Assembly (NCBI GenBank): GCA_003482855.1
Contig: DMXO01000004.1
Span: 141,464-205,463, forward strand
DNA: 64,000 nt
From: Candidatus Magasanikiibacteriota bacterium
GTDB lineage: Bacteria; Patescibacteriota; Patescibacteriia; Magasanikbacterales; UBA922
Reading direction: 5' to 3'
The notes under the pieces were generated by a model. It ran no database searches and was not told where the DNA came from. It saw nothing but the letters and a program-made list of their open reading frames with translations. Every line of letters starts with the position of its first letter. The first letter of the stretch is position 1. Position numbers and translations under genes: made by a program. This document shows, piece after piece, positions 28,274-37,152 of this stretch.

Positions 28274-30349
28274 ATGTCTCCCAAAAAAAGTAAATCGCAG
28301 CCAAATCACCAAAGTGATGTTTTTAATAACGATATAGAATCTGAACAATTAGACAAGCGTGGCCAGCGCAAAACACGCAGTTCTGCTTCTAGTGAAAAAC
28401 ATGTTTTTGTTAAAAAAGAATTGGATAAAGACACCTCTGCAAATACACAGGATGTTGTTTCTGAGAAAAGAGTAAAACATAAGAAAAAAAATATTTCATC
28501 TGTAGTATCACCGAGTGTTTCTGTAAACCCTGTAGAGGAGACTGTATTGTCAAAGGATGAAGAGAGACATATAGACCAGAAGTTGACTGAAATTTATGAA
28601 AATGGAGATGGAACTATGCCTGATATGAAGACGTTTGAAAAGAGAAAAAAGAGCAAATTTTTGACTGCGTTTTTTGTGTTATTATTCTCTTGTGTTTTTT
28701 TTGGTGTTGTGGCATGGCTCGGTTTTTTTGTTATACAACCGCAATCACATTTTTCTGAAGAAGATGTGGTATTGTCTATATCTGGTCAAGAGACAGTCAA
28801 AGCGGGGCAGGAAAACACGTATCGTATACGATATCGCAATGCCCAAAATGTGGCACTTAACAATGTAAGACTTGAGGTACGCTATCCAAAAGGGTTCCAG
28901 TATACTACAAGTTCCGTGTCTCCGATAAGTGATAATAATGATACGTGGGATTTAGGTACAATTGCACCGCAAGGTAGTGGATATATTGACGTCACTGGCC
29001 GTATGTTTGCAAGCCTTGGCGAAGAACAGTCATTTCGCATTTTTCTCAATTATACTCCTTCTAATTTTAGTTCTTCATTCCAAAAAGTTGCGCACTTAGC
29101 TCTCACAGCCAATGAGTCTGTGGTTCGTGTTGATATTAATGCACCTACCGAAGTATCTGTGGGATCTGAAGTAGGGGTGACCATTACACTCACTCCAGAA
29201 CAAGGAGAAAAGCTTGAACATATCCGTGTGGTATGTGACTCAGAATTATTTGCTTACAAAGAAGAAGCAAGTGAACCTAAATCAGACGAAGGTAGACCAT
29301 GCCAGTGGTCATTTGATTCACTCGATAGCGTCCGTACTATCACGTTTACTGGATCTTTTTCTTCAGAAGAAGCAAAACAAACCACGTTCGGTATAGATGT
29401 ATTGGGGTGGAATTCTCCAGACCAGACAGGTGATGGATATGTATTGGCTCACGTACAAAAAGATATTTCTTTGGTGAAGACAGATACTATATTCAATCTT
29501 GCGATCAATGGCGGAGTAAGTTCGCTTACTGCTGAACCTGGTGACATACTCAATATGAGTATGCAATTACGCAATGCAGGGGAAGTCCCACTTGATGATG
29601 CAGTTATTAGACTTATGATAAATGCCCCTGCACATACAACGGGAGGTATTGTGAGCATTCTTGATTGGAATAAGCTCGATACTGATAGCGATGCTGATCT
29701 CATAGGTGAACAAGTATCAGATACTGTGCGTAGAGGTATATTGACATGGGATAAGCGCTATATACGGGATCTTGATCAAGTGAATCCTGGTGAAGAAATC
29801 AAAGAAAATATTTCTTTGCCGATCAAAAATAATTTGCAGACAACGCTATCAAATTTTGATAATTTTACTGTTGATGTGATTGCCGAAATACAATACGGAA
29901 CAGGTGATGATAGGAAAGTAATAGATAGTAATCGTGTTACATTGACTATCGTATCAGATTTTGATTTGGAAGTTCGCGATGAAGTAACACAAAATGATGC
30001 AGATAAAGATGTACATACTGTCACTTGGCTACTGTCGAACTCGTTTCATGAGTTGCATGATATTGTTGTCAAAGCTGACATATATGGTGATGTTGATATA
30101 AACAAAGATGCCATTGTGGTACCTGCGGGTGAAGTCGAGTATGATACTGCTGAGAAAAAATTGGTGTGGACTATTGATCAAATGCCACTCGGAGTAGATG
30201 TACTTGCCATGCAGTTTGATGTCACTCTCCTGTCAAAGAATGAAACCCAGACACAGCTGACATCCAAAGTGGAGGTTCGCGCTCGTGACACAGTCGCGCA
30301 GACGGACATACTTACAGTAGGAGATGAAATTTTACTTACCACAGATTAA
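28274..30349 (+). CDS. Single-pass membrane protein with extracellular Ig-like/DUF11-like beta-sandwich domains
   Basis: Charged cytoplasmic N-terminus, one TM, then repeated Y.I.Y.N...V.L...P.GF...W.LG.I.P motifs. Confidence 0.7.
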   Translation: MSPKKSKSQPNHQSDVFNNDIESEQLDKRGQRKTRSSASSEKHVFVKKELDKDTSANTQDVVSEKRVKHKKKNISSVVSPSVSVNPVEETVLSKDEERHIDQKLTEIYENGDGTMPDMKTFEKRKKSKFLTAFFVLLFSCVFFGVVAWLGFFVIQPQSHFSEEDVVLSISGQETVKAGQENTYRIRYRNAQNVALNNVRLEVRYPKGFQYTTSSVSPISDNNDTWDLGTIAPQGSGYIDVTGRMFASLGEEQSFRIFLNYTPSNFSSSFQKVAHLALTANESVVRVDINAPTEVSVGSEVGVTITLTPEQGEKLEHIRVVCDSELFAYKEEASEPKSDEGRPCQWSFDSLDSVRTITFTGSFSSEEAKQTTFGIDVLGWNSPDQTGDGYVLAHVQKDISLVKTDTIFNLAINGGVSSLTAEPGDILNMSMQLRNAGEVPLDDAVIRLMINAPAHTTGGIVSILDWNKLDTDSDADLIGEQVSDTVRRGILTWDKRYIRDLDQVNPGEEIKENISLPIKNNLQTTLSNFDNFTVDVIAEIQYGTGDDRKVIDSNRVTLTIVSDFDLEVRDEVTQNDADKDVHTVTWLLSNSFHELHDIVVKADIYGDVDINKDAIVVPAGEVEYDTAEKKLVWTIDQMPLGVDVLAMQFDVTLLSKNETQTQLTSKVEVRARDTVAQTDILTVGDEILLTTD

Positions 30350-30380
30350 AACTACTGATTAAGATCAGTGATTAATAACT

Positions 30381-30404
30381 AAAACTCCCTGGGTAGGGAG
30401 TTTT
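30381..30404. terminator. Bidirectional terminator between the 28274 gene and the tRNA cluster
   Basis: AAAACTCCCT-GGGT-AGGGAGTTTT. Confidence 0.75.
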
Positions 30405-30415
30405 GAATATATGTG

Positions 30416-30486
30416 TGGACCTAGGCAGAATCGGACTGCCGTCTCCGCAATGCGAATGCGACGTCATACCACTAGACCATAGGCCC
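30416..30486 (-). tRNA. tRNA-Ala (CGC)
   Basis: GGGCCTA/TAGGTCC acceptor with G3:U70; loop TTCGCAT; T-arm GTCCGATTC. Confidence 0.9.
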
Positions 30487-30516
30487 GAGTGGTTATAATC
30501 TCAGGATATGTGTTAG

Positions 30517-30588
30517 TGCTCCTGGAGGGAATTGAACCCCCATCAGTGGTTCCGAAGACCGCTGTGTTATCCATTACACCACAGGAGC
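30517..30588 (-). tRNA. tRNA-Arg (TCG)
   Basis: GCTCCTG/CAGGAGC acceptor; loop CTTCGGA; GGTTCAATTCC. Confidence 0.9.
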
Positions 30589-30594
30589 AATACG

Positions 30595-30668
30595 TGCGCC
30601 GCCTGGGAATCGAACCCAGAACCTTGGGCTTAAGAGGCCCCTGCTCTAACCAATTGAGCTAGCAGCGC
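30595..30668 (-). tRNA. tRNA-Lys (CTT)
   Basis: GCGCTGC/GCGGCGC acceptor; loop CTCTTAA; GGTTCGATTCC. Confidence 0.93.
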
Positions 30669-30699
30669 ATAATATAATTTTGAAATTTAAAATTGTATA

Positions 30700-31461
30700 T
30701 TATCCTATAGGATCATCTATTTTTCTTTCTAAAATTTGAACTTTTGGTCCTTTCCATTTTTTTACTTGTAGAGCTGCATCTGCCGCACTTGTCTGTGCTT
30801 CTTGTTTACTGCTTCCACTGCCTTCTGCTATTTTTTCTTTATCAAGATATACTGCGATAGTAAATTGCTTTGCATGATCCGGACCATTCTCATTGACTAC
30901 TTTGTATGTTGGCGTAATACCAATAATTTCTTGAGCAGCTTCTTGGAAGCGCGATTTGGAATCCATCCATAGACCAAGTTCCAATACCTCAGGCAATTTT
31001 GTGATAATCCAGCGTGTTACAAATTGTTTTGTGAGATCCCATCCCTGATCCAAATATATAGCCCCAATGAGTGCCTCAAGCGCATTTGCAAGTATATAGT
31101 CTCGTGCTTTGGTGTTTGCATCTTTTGATTCGCCGTGACTCAAAAAAAGGAAGGGTTCAATACCTATTTCGCGAGCGACGCGGGCGCACATAGTTCCATT
31201 TACGAGAGCAGCACGCCAATTTGTGAGCTCTCCTTCAGGATTAAGATAATTTGCAAACAAATATTCGGTCACGATAAGTTCAAGCACTGCGTCTCCAAGA
31301 AATTCAAGTCGTTCATTGTGGGCAAGTGCAAAGTCCCTATTTTCATTTAAATAAGATCTATGTACGAGAGCCTGAACAAGTCTATCTTTGTTTTTGAAAG
31401 AAATACCAATGATGTTTTCTATGTTTGGGAATCCTTTTTCTTCGTAAGAGGGGATTGGCAT
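30700..31461 (-). CDS. rnc: Ribonuclease III
   Basis: HNERLEFLGDAVL signature, EALIGAIYLD, dsRBD (GPDHAK.F, GSSKQEAQ). Confidence 0.97.
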   Translation of the reverse strand: MPIPSYEEKGFPNIENIIGISFKNKDRLVQALVHRSYLNENRDFALAHNERLEFLGDAVLELIVTEYLFANYLNPEGELTNWRAALVNGTMCARVAREIGIEPFLFLSHGESKDANTKARDYILANALEALIGAIYLDQGWDLTKQFVTRWIITKLPEVLELGLWMDSKSRFQEAAQEIIGITPTYKVVNENGPDHAKQFTIAVYLDKEKIAEGSGSSKQEAQTSAADAALQVKKWKGPKVQILERKIDDPIG

Positions 31462-31624
31462 ATAGATGAAATTCTAAATTCGAATTTCAAAACTCGAAAC
31501 AAATTCAATTTTTAGATTATTAATGTCTCAAATTATTTTGGACATTTGTTCGTCTTAGACGAATTGATATTATTTCGAATTTAGGATTTCGGGCTTAGGA
31601 TTTATTAGTTAAATTAGAATTTTA

Positions 31625-32047
31625 TTATTTATTTTCTTCTTTGTACATAGCTCCAAGTATACCATTTACAAATTTTCCAGAGCTTGGCCCACCGTATGTC
31701 TTGGCTAATTCTATAGCTTCATTGATGGCAACTTTTGGTGGGATTTCTTCTGTGTTGAATTCTAGCTCATATACACCAAGACGTAATATGTTGCGGTCTA
31801 TAATGGTCATCTGTCCAAGCGGCCAATGCGGAGCATGCCGTGTGATGAAGTCATCTATTTCTTGTTGGTGTGTTATGACACCATCTACTGTTTTTTCCAC
31901 AAATTCTTTTGTCTCTTCAAGTCCTGCGCCAAATTCTTGCATAGTTTGTTCAATGATTGCGGGTATAGCTGCGCTTGGGTTGCCTCGAAAATCCCATTGG
32001 TAGAGGGTTTGCATGACAATTGAGCGTGCCAGGTGGCGTTTGGACAT
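31625..32047 (-). CDS. nusB: Transcription antitermination factor NusB
   Basis: [42 protein letters not shown]. Confidence 0.96.
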   Translation of the reverse strand: MSKRHLARSIVMQTLYQWDFRGNPSAAIPAIIEQTMQEFGAGLEETKEFVEKTVDGVITHQQEIDDFITRHAPHWPLGQMTIIDRNILRLGVYELEFNTEEIPPKVAINEAIELAKTYGGPSSGKFVNGILGAMYKEENK

Positions 32048-32147
32048 AAGGAAACTAATAAGCAAAGTAAGCAGAATAAGTTTTAAGCAGATTAAGTTGT
32101 ATGTGTAAGCTTAATCTGCATGATCTGCTTATTCTGCTTTTGAACTA

Positions 32148-32366
32148 TTAAGATATTTTTTTTGTTTTCTTTGTTTTACGTAGAATTCTTTTTTCTACGT
32201 TCACTGTTTGTTTGCCTTTGTATGTACCACATGTTGCACATGCGCGATGAGGCAACGTTGGTTCGCCGCATTTTTCACATTTTTTTGTGACAATCTTTTT
32301 GAGTGCGTGGTGAGATCGGCGATCATCTCGGGAACGAGGGGTTCGTTTTTTTGATGGGAGTCCCAT
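32148..32366 (-). CDS. rpmF: 50S ribosomal protein L32
   Basis: MGLPSKKR...RRSH, CEKCG...PHRACATCG.Y. Confidence 0.95.
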   Translation of the reverse strand: MGLPSKKRTPRSRDDRRSHHALKKIVTKKCEKCGEPTLPHRACATCGTYKGKQTVNVEKRILRKTKKTKKIS

Positions 32367-32420
32367 AGGTAGAAATTTTAGATTTCAAATTATGAATTAT
32401 AAATTAACTTGAACGGACAT

Positions 32421-32449
32421 ATTATAGCCTAGTTGAGCCAAAAAATCAA
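32421..32449 (-). promoter_or_regulatory. Promoter of rpmF-nusB-rnc-tRNA operon
   Basis: TTGATT-17 bp-TATAAT on the minus strand. Confidence 0.6.
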
Positions 32450-32566
32450 GCTCTATACATATATGTGGTTATTTCATTGCAAATTTGGCTTATTTTAGCT
32501 ACAATAAAGTTAGGTTTTAGGTAGTAGGAATTAGGAATTAGCTTGTGGATATTTATTTATATGTAT

Positions 32567-33172
32567 ATGCAGATTGTTAAACAAGCTGACATAAGTATAC
32601 CAGATATTGTGTTAGCATTGAAGGCAGGTAAGACACTCGTGTATCCTACAGAGACATGCTATGGGCTTGGTTGTGATGCGACCAATCAGGTTGCGATAGA
32701 ACATATTTTTGAAATCAAACATCGCCAACGCAATAAGCCTATGCTTGTGGTAGCTGCGGATATATCACTTATGATGGAGTATGTTGTATGGGATGAGACA
32801 TTGCAAAAGATAGCAGATAGATATTGGCCAGGGCCGGTGACTGTGGTTGTGCAGGCTCAGGGAAGATTATTGCCTTTAGGTGTGGTAGGAGAAGATGGCA
32901 CATTGGCTTTCCGTATTACAAAACATCCTCTCGCAGCAGAGTTGTCTCGCAGTCTGGATGCGCCTATTGTATCCACATCGGCCAATATTGCATCACTTGA
33001 GAGTCCTTATGATATTAGCTCTATTGTATCAATGTACGGTGGGGCAGAGATGCAACCCGATATTATTATTGACGCAGGAGAATTACCTTATGAGAGTCCA
33101 TCTACCGTAGTCCGTGTGAAGGATGGGCGTATGAGAGTATTGCGACAAGGAGAAATAGTAGTCAAATTATGA
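32567..33172 (+). CDS. tsaC: L-threonylcarbamoyladenylate synthase (TsaC/Sua5/YrdC)
   Basis: YPTETCYGLG, IK.R..NKP, WPGPVT, STSAN, PSTV, LRQG. Confidence 0.93.
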   Translation: MQIVKQADISIPDIVLALKAGKTLVYPTETCYGLGCDATNQVAIEHIFEIKHRQRNKPMLVVAADISLMMEYVVWDETLQKIADRYWPGPVTVVVQAQGRLLPLGVVGEDGTLAFRITKHPLAAELSRSLDAPIVSTSANIASLESPYDISSIVSMYGGAEMQPDIIIDAGELPYESPSTVVRVKDGRMRVLRQGEIVVKL

Positions 33173-34368
33173 TGACTCACAGACATGAAGAGCTGAAGAA
33201 AAATTTCACACGGATGTTTTGGATCCAGGCTCTTTTGAATGTGAAAGTAATTAATGTTGTGGGTACTCTTTTTTATCTGCATCGAGGTTTGACACTTTCA
33301 CAGATTTTTTATCTTACCGTGCTTTGGGCAGTGGTGAGCCTATTGTTCGAAATACCATCAAGTTATTTGGCTGACCGGTGGGGAAGGAAAAAGACATTGT
33401 TGTTGGGTATTGTATTGTCGTTTGTTCATTGGATATTGTATATATATGCTGATAATATCAGTATATTTGCTATTTCTCTTTCGCTTGCTTCGTTGCAGTT
33501 CGCGTGTTTCTCAGGTACTGATGATGCACTTATTTATGACACCAACAAGGAATTGGGCAATGGCGGCGAAAGTATAAAAAATTTAGGAAAATATTATTCA
33601 GCGCGCAGTATATTTAAGATAGTGGCTCCTCTTGTTGGTGCATACATTGCACAGGATTTGCTTGAATGGCAATTCCTTATTATTCTTGGGATTGATATGG
33701 TTGCTATTATTATTTCATTATTTTTTGCAGTGAAACTTGTTGAACCAAATCACTATATGGATGTGGAGAAGCAAGAGGCCGGAATTATAAAAGACGCGTG
33801 GAAGATTATGCGTAGTGATAGAGTGATTGGGAGAGCTATGGTGAGTAGGACTCTTTTGTTTATTTCTGTTTTTATCATTTGGCGATTTCATCAGAAATAT
33901 TTTATTGATATAGGTCTGTCTGTGTGGGCGTTGGGTATTGCCTGGTCAGTGATTCATACACTTGGGTTTTTTCATAATCAATATATAGAGAAATTTTTAC
34001 GCAGAGGTGATTTGAATTTGGAAATAAATTTCCTCAATATACTTACTATCATACTCATGGGGTTGATGTTATGTGGAGTTTTATTTTTCCCGCAACCGTT
34101 ATTGCTTCTGTGCATATTTATTTTGTTGGACGCTGTTGAATTATTTCGATGGCCTCTGTATGCAGAGTTTTACAATCGTCGTAGCCAGTCGTTTAATCGC
34201 GCGACCACATTATCTTTGTCCAATTTTTTGAAAAGCATTTTGGATATCCCGCTTTTGTTTATTGTTTCTGTATTAATTTCTCGAGATATCACCTATCCAT
34301 TTATTTTCGCGGCAGGTCTTGCTTTTTTGGTTTTATTTTTCAAATTACCTAGACACAGGGCGGCATAA
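33169..34368 (+). CDS. MFS transporter
   Basis: EIPS..LADRWGRKK motif A, SGTDDALIYD, about 12 TM. Confidence 0.9.
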   Translation: MMTHRHEELKKNFTRMFWIQALLNVKVINVVGTLFYLHRGLTLSQIFYLTVLWAVVSLLFEIPSSYLADRWGRKKTLLLGIVLSFVHWILYIYADNISIFAISLSLASLQFACFSGTDDALIYDTNKELGNGGESIKNLGKYYSARSIFKIVAPLVGAYIAQDLLEWQFLIILGIDMVAIIISLFFAVKLVEPNHYMDVEKQEAGIIKDAWKIMRSDRVIGRAMVSRTLLFISVFIIWRFHQKYFIDIGLSVWALGIAWSVIHTLGFFHNQYIEKFLRRGDLNLEINFLNILTIILMGLMLCGVLFFPQPLLLLCIFILLDAVELFRWPLYAEFYNRRSQSFNRATTLSLSNFLKSILDIPLLFIVSVLISRDITYPFIFAAGLAFLVLFFKLPRHRAA

Positions 34369-34374
34369 CTATAT

Positions 34375-35529
34375 ATGAATACTAAACATCCGTATCTCTA
34401 TTTTATTTTATTTTTAGGTGTATCTTTTTTTTGCATATTTGGTATTTCATGGCAATGGTCTCAGAGTTATTTTGCGTTGAATGATTATGCGCTTGGAGAA
34501 ATTGTATCATCTATCCCAAAGAAAGATTTGGTTGTGCAACTTGTATTGAAAAAAGAAAAACCCCAAAAGCGCGAAGTGAAAGGGCTGTATCTCACGGCAT
34601 ATTCAGCAGGGAGAGCCGAAAAGATTGATAGTATTATTGATTTATTAGAATCCACTGAACTCAATGCAGTTGTGATTGATATAAAAGATTATAGTGGGCT
34701 TGTCTTGTACGATAGTGGTGTACCTCTCGTTAATGAGCTTGGTCTTGAAGATAATCGTATAGGAGATGTGCGTGCGCTTGTCGACAAATTGCACGAACAT
34801 GATATATACGTAATTGCACGACAGACAGTATTTCAGGATCCTATCTTGGCAGAAAAGAGGCCTACATGGGCTTTGAAAAATAAAAATGGAGGACTGTGGC
34901 GAGACAACAAAGGTCTTGCTTGGGTCAATCCTGCTATGCAAGACGTATGGGATTATAATGTTTCAATCGCAAAAGAGGCCATACATTTTGGTTTTGATGA
35001 AATCAATTTTGATTATGTTCGTTTCCCATCAGATGGTAACATGAGCCTTGTAGCATATACTAATGAAGGCAAAGAGAAATATGAAATTATGCATGATTTT
35101 TATCATTATTTGAGTGAAGAGCTTTTGGACGAGCCGGCGTGGATTTCTCTTGATATGTTTGGTTTCGTCATGGAGCGCCATGATGGCATGAATATTGGCC
35201 AGCGTCTTGAGGACGCAGTAGACGAGACAGACTATATTTGTCCTATGATGTATCCATCGCATTATCCCGTTGGGCATCTGGGTCTTGGTAACCCAGCTGC
35301 ATATCCTGCATTGGTAATAGAGAATGGTATGAATAAAGGGATGGAATATGTCGCATCGAGCACGCGTACAGAGATTCGTCCGTGGATACAGGCGTTCAAT
35401 ATGGGGGCTGTGTATGATGGGAGTATGATTCGAGCTCAGATTGATGCAGTAGAAAAATATACAGATGGAGGCTGGTTGTTGTGGAATGCCTCCAATCGTT
35501 ACACGTCTGCGGGCTTAGAAACTAGTTAA
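34375..35529 (+). CDS. Putative glycoside hydrolase (DUF4015 family), membrane-anchored
   Basis: VKGLYLT, NAVVIDIKD, GFDEINFDYVRFP, PMMYPSHY, RPWIQAF. Confidence 0.85.
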   Translation: MNTKHPYLYFILFLGVSFFCIFGISWQWSQSYFALNDYALGEIVSSIPKKDLVVQLVLKKEKPQKREVKGLYLTAYSAGRAEKIDSIIDLLESTELNAVVIDIKDYSGLVLYDSGVPLVNELGLEDNRIGDVRALVDKLHEHDIYVIARQTVFQDPILAEKRPTWALKNKNGGLWRDNKGLAWVNPAMQDVWDYNVSIAKEAIHFGFDEINFDYVRFPSDGNMSLVAYTNEGKEKYEIMHDFYHYLSEELLDEPAWISLDMFGFVMERHDGMNIGQRLEDAVDETDYICPMMYPSHYPVGHLGLGNPAAYPALVIENGMNKGMEYVASSTRTEIRPWIQAFNMGAVYDGSMIRAQIDAVEKYTDGGWLLWNASNRYTSAGLETS

Positions 35530-35544
35530 AAATTCGAAATTCTT

Positions 35545-36393
35545 ATGTATCTCACCCCCTCTCATCTCAAACAACTCTGCCAACAATATGATCTCACGCC
35601 GAGCAAGAAGTACGGTCAGAATTATCTTATCTCGCAGGCGCCTATTGAAAAAATGCTTGATGCATCAGGTATACAGTCAGGTGACAAGGTAGTGGAGATA
35701 GGACCAGGTTTTGGTGTACTCACGTTTGCATTATTAGAACGGGGGGCAGATGTTACGGCATTTGAGATTGAAAGAAAATTGGAACCATATTGGCAAGAAA
35801 AAAAGAAAATTGAAAAATTGAGGAATTTAGAAATTATATGGGGTGATGTTTTAAAAGAAATTCGATCCCCGATTAAATCGGGGACAAAATTCGAAATTCG
35901 AAATTTTAAAGTCGTCGCCAATCTACCTTATCAAATCACTTCCCATGTTCTTCGTACATTACTCGAATTGGACCATAAGCCAGAGAGTATCACGGTCATG
36001 GTACAAAAAGAGGTAGCAGAAAGAATCGTGGCAAAACCAGGTGACATGAGCATCCTCGCTGTGTCAGTACAGTATTATGGTACCCCCCATATTGTATGCC
36101 AGGTGCCAAAGGGGAATTTTTGGCCTTCGCCAAAAGTTGATTCGGCAGTTATACATCTAGATATTCAGACAAGCAATCACGCACATACGTTTACCGATGA
36201 AGAATTTTTCAAAATAGTAAGGAGTGGGTTTGCAAATAAAAGGAAACAATTGTGGAGTAATTTATCAAAAGGTTTATTTATTGAAAAAATAAAGGTACAA
36301 AAATTTTTGGTAGAAGTATGTGGCAATGAAAAAGTGCGTGCGCAAGAGCTTTCAGTAGAGCAGTGGATAACTCTCGTAAAGAAACTCACATAA
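35545..36393 (+). CDS. rsmA: 16S rRNA m6,2A1518/1519 dimethyltransferase
   Basis: GQNYL, EIGPG.G.LT, VANLPYQI, MVQKEVAER, P.PKVDSAV. Confidence 0.96.
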   Translation: MYLTPSHLKQLCQQYDLTPSKKYGQNYLISQAPIEKMLDASGIQSGDKVVEIGPGFGVLTFALLERGADVTAFEIERKLEPYWQEKKKIEKLRNLEIIWGDVLKEIRSPIKSGTKFEIRNFKVVANLPYQITSHVLRTLLELDHKPESITVMVQKEVAERIVAKPGDMSILAVSVQYYGTPHIVCQVPKGNFWPSPKVDSAVIHLDIQTSNHAHTFTDEEFFKIVRSGFANKRKQLWSNLSKGLFIEKIKVQKFLVEVCGNEKVRAQELSVEQWITLVKKLT

Positions 36394-36453
36394 TACTTTG
36401 TGGGTTTTCTCTTTTTTTGATATACTATACAGTACTAATGATTCCATAACACC

Positions 36454-37134
36454 ATGGAACAAAAACAAACACAAGTAGGTCTTTCGTCAGGGCAGAAGAC
36501 AGGTTTTGTCTTATTGCTTGTTTTTGCATTATTGACAGTTGGTCTCACATTTTTTCAAGTGAGAAATACTATATACTCGCCATTTGTGGTGAAAGTTGAC
36601 AAAGAAGCACTCGCAGCCAAGAAAGCTTTTGAATTTGATGAGACGACCCGTCTCCAACAAATCGACACTGATCATGATGGGCTCAATGATTATGAAGAAT
36701 TGTTTTTTTATGAGACAAGTCCCTATTTGCCAGATACAGACTCAGACGGGATAGAGGACAAAGCAGAATTGGATCAAGGTAAGAATCCGCTGTGTCCTGA
36801 AGGCAAAGCATGCGATTCGGCTGCGTTTGATGCTAGCGCCACAAGTAGTACAGAGTTTATTGTCTCTCCTTTACTTGATGATTCTCAGACAGCCGCAGAT
36901 ATTTTGGTCAATAGTCAACTGAGTGGTCAACTAAATACAGGAGCAAATGCTTTGGGCGCAGGAGTTGATTTTTCTTCTATGATTAGTGATCCTGCGGTGT
37001 TGCGCCAGATGCTCATCACAACAGGCAAAATTTCAAAAGAAGAATTATCTGCGATTAGTGATGAACAACTCATGCTCATGGCGCAACAACTTGCCAAAAA
37101 TCAATTTGGCGCCACGACGAGCACACCACAATAA
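36454..37134 (+). CDS. Membrane-anchored protein with TSP3-like Ca-binding repeats
   Basis: N-terminal TM; DTDHDGLNDYEE and DTDSDGIEDKAE. Confidence 0.8.
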   Translation: MEQKQTQVGLSSGQKTGFVLLLVFALLTVGLTFFQVRNTIYSPFVVKVDKEALAAKKAFEFDETTRLQQIDTDHDGLNDYEELFFYETSPYLPDTDSDGIEDKAELDQGKNPLCPEGKACDSAAFDASATSSTEFIVSPLLDDSQTAADILVNSQLSGQLNTGANALGAGVDFSSMISDPAVLRQMLITTGKISKEELSAISDEQLMLMAQQLAKNQFGATTSTPQ

Positions 37135-37152
37135 ACATCTTTATCTCATTAT

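Noticed and set aside
30416-30668. tRNA cluster as a prophage/island integration site
   Set aside because: No integrase or duplicated tRNA 3' end was seen.
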